Below are positions 62,435 through 64,000 of a DNA stretch of 64,000 bases, one piece after another. The notes under the pieces were generated by a model, which was given only the letters and a program-made list of their open reading frames with translations, was not told the DNA's origin and did no database searches. The stretch is taken from contig CBDCXV010000002.1 of the NCBI GenBank assembly GCA_965223905.1, positions 512,001 to 576,000 of the forward strand. The letters run 5' to 3'. Each line of letters starts with the position of its first letter. Position 1 is the first letter of the stretch. The position numbers were made by a program, and so were the translations under genes. Source of the stretch: Candidatus Latescibacterota bacterium. GTDB lineage: Bacteria > Latescibacterota > UBA2968 > UBA8231.

Positions 62435-64000
62435 ATGTACGAGCAGTTGGAAATTCATTTTGAAGGACAGACGGAGTTCGTCGCCACCGACCGGCAGTGC
62501 AAGCCCCTGCGGCTGTTCGTCGCATGTCCGGCCGGCCTGGAAGCCGGCGCCGACGTGCGCGTTTCCGTCAGCACCTTCCATACCTATTCACACCAGTGGA
62601 CGCTGGCAGACCCGTTTGTCGAAGGGGGCGAGGGCGTGGTGGTGATCGGCCACGGGCTGCCGGGCGACTGGACCGATCTGACCCGGGGCGGCGACGGTCC
62701 TGCCGGCGGCGGCCTGGTGGGGCGGCCGGTCAACGAGGTCTACCTGTGCACCGTCCAGGTCACCGGGTCGCTGAGCCCGGGAGCGCGGCTGGTCTTTCCC
62801 TTTGGAATTGCGCCGTCGCCTCATGCGGATGTAGGCGGCGCCCTGCAGGTGCGGGTGCGGCGGCCCGAAGCCGAGGTGTTCGAGAAGGTTGGCGAGCCGA
62901 TTCCGCTGCTCAACGCCCCCGGCCCCCTGACGCGGCTGGAGGGCCGGATCTCCGCTACGGCCGACGCGGAAGGAAAGCGCAGGGTCGTGATCTTCGCCAC
63001 GGACGACAATCTCAATCCGATACCCTCTTACCGCGGGAAGGTGGCCGTGCAGGCCGACGGTGCGGTCGCCGGGCTGCCCGCCGAGGTGGAAACCCGCGCC
63101 GACGGCCGGGGCGTGGTCGAGGGCGTCGAGGTGCAGGCCGACGGCCCGGTCCGCATCGAGGTGAGCGATTACGAACGCGGGCTCGAAGCCCGGGGCGGTC
63201 CGGCGCATGCGGTCGGCGAGCGCGGCCATTACTTCGGGGGCATCCACTTCCACACGCGGCTTTCGGTGGACGGCGACCGCGAACCGCGCGCGGCCTACGC
63301 CTATGCCCGCGACCACCTCAACCTCGACGTGATCGCGATGACGGACCACGCCCCGATCGGCCCCGGGTGGGAGGAGTGCCTGGCGGTAAACGAGGAGTTC
63401 AACGAGCCGGGCGGCTTCGTGACGATCCCCGCGTGGGAAAGCTCCAACGCCTACGGACACGCCAACCTCTACCTGCGCACCCCGGAGGTCGACGGCGGCA
63501 CCTGGCACTGGAAGCCGGAGCTCTGCCCCTCGGAGGTGGCCTGGGACCGGGACGTGGTCGTGGTGCCGCACCATCCCAACTGCGGACAGCCCATCGAGTA
63601 CGGCAAGCACCGCGAGGTCATGGGCAAGTCGTTCTACTGGTCCGAGTACCACTGGGAGTTCCCCAACGAGCGGGCGAGGCTGGTCGAAATCGTCCAGGGG
63701 CGGGGCAATTTCGAGGCGGACGCGCTCGACGAGTACTGGGGTATTCGCAACGGGGGGATGGGTGCTTCGGTGCAGGATGCCTTCGCCAGGGGCTGGCGCC
63801 TGGGTTTCGTGGCCGGGACCGACAACCACCAGGGGCACCCGACGCAGAACCCGGACGGCTACGTCGGGATGACCTGTTTCCGCGCGGCGGAGCTGACCCG
63901 CGAGGCGGTGTGGCAGGCGATGGACGAGCGCTGGACCTACGCGACGTCCGGCGTGCCGATCGTCTGCGACTACGCCGTCAACGGCGTGCGCTCCGGCGCC
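62435..64000 (+). CDS. DUF3604/PHP-fold metallohydrolase (3' end outside the window)
   Basis: RBS GAGGGA, then MYEQLEIHF...; GIHFHT, MTDH, VPHH, GFVAGTDNH. Absent from the ORF track because it has no stop in the window. Confidence 0.85.
   Translation, partial: MYEQLEIHFEGQTEFVATDRQCKPLRLFVACPAGLEAGADVRVSVSTFHTYSHQWTLADPFVEGGEGVVVIGHGLPGDWTDLTRGGDGPAGGGLVGRPVNEVYLCTVQVTGSLSPGARLVFPFGIAPSPHADVGGALQVRVRRPEAEVFEKVGEPIPLLNAPGPLTRLEGRISATADAEGKRRVVIFATDDNLNPIPSYRGKVAVQADGAVAGLPAEVETRADGRGVVEGVEVQADGPVRIEVSDYERGLEARGGPAHAVGERGHYFGGIHFHTRLSVDGDREPRAAYAYARDHLNLDVIAMTDHAPIGPGWEECLAVNEEFNEPGGFVTIPAWESSNAYGHANLYLRTPEVDGGTWHWKPELCPSEVAWDRDVVVVPHHPNCGQPIEYGKHREVMGKSFYWSEYHWEFPNERARLVEIVQGRGNFEADALDEYWGIRNGGMGASVQDAFARGWRLGFVAGTDNHQGHPTQNPDGYVGMTCFRAAELTREAVWQAMDERWTYATSGVPIVCDYAVNGVRSGA

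Overview
A GC-rich bacterial window. The gene content (FlgD/'PNPFN' C-terminal domains, an 'SWGxVK' C-terminal motif, Calx-beta autotransporter-like adhesins, a WD40/LRR/Ig secreted protein) suggests a Latescibacterota/Gemmatimonadota-like, possibly sponge-associated organism; this is inference only. Layout: (1) 1-15.4 kb is a defence hotspot beside a type I RM hsdR. The scaffold 'M48 peptidase 3' end >< cargo < uxuA remnant ... hicB' occurs twice with different lower-GC cargo: an Hsp90/GHKL ATPase + Sir2 pair (each gene broken by one lesion) and an intact three-gene TIGR04255-like cassette. Frameshifted HicA and HEPN genes, an orphan TOPRIM fragment and a duplicated methyltransferase lie in between. 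(2) 15.4-28 kb holds ordinary envelope and transport genes. (3) 28.3-36.8 kb is a cluster of cation channel, CotH kinase, DUF4956, HlyD, TolC and VTC (polyphosphate polymerase-like) genes, a candidate polyphosphate synthesis/export and extracellular phosphorylation system. (4) 39-58.7 kb has two signalling loci, each followed by a conserved tandem enhancer and sigma-54 promoter driving paralogous adhesins, with a large metzincin-WD40-LRR-Ig secreted protein between them. (5) 58.9-64 kb contains toxin-antitoxin remnants, an aldo/keto reductase and a DUF3604/PHP gene running off the end. No rRNA, tRNA, CRISPR array, integrase or transposase was recognised. All family assignments are by eye from motifs; no database searches were run.
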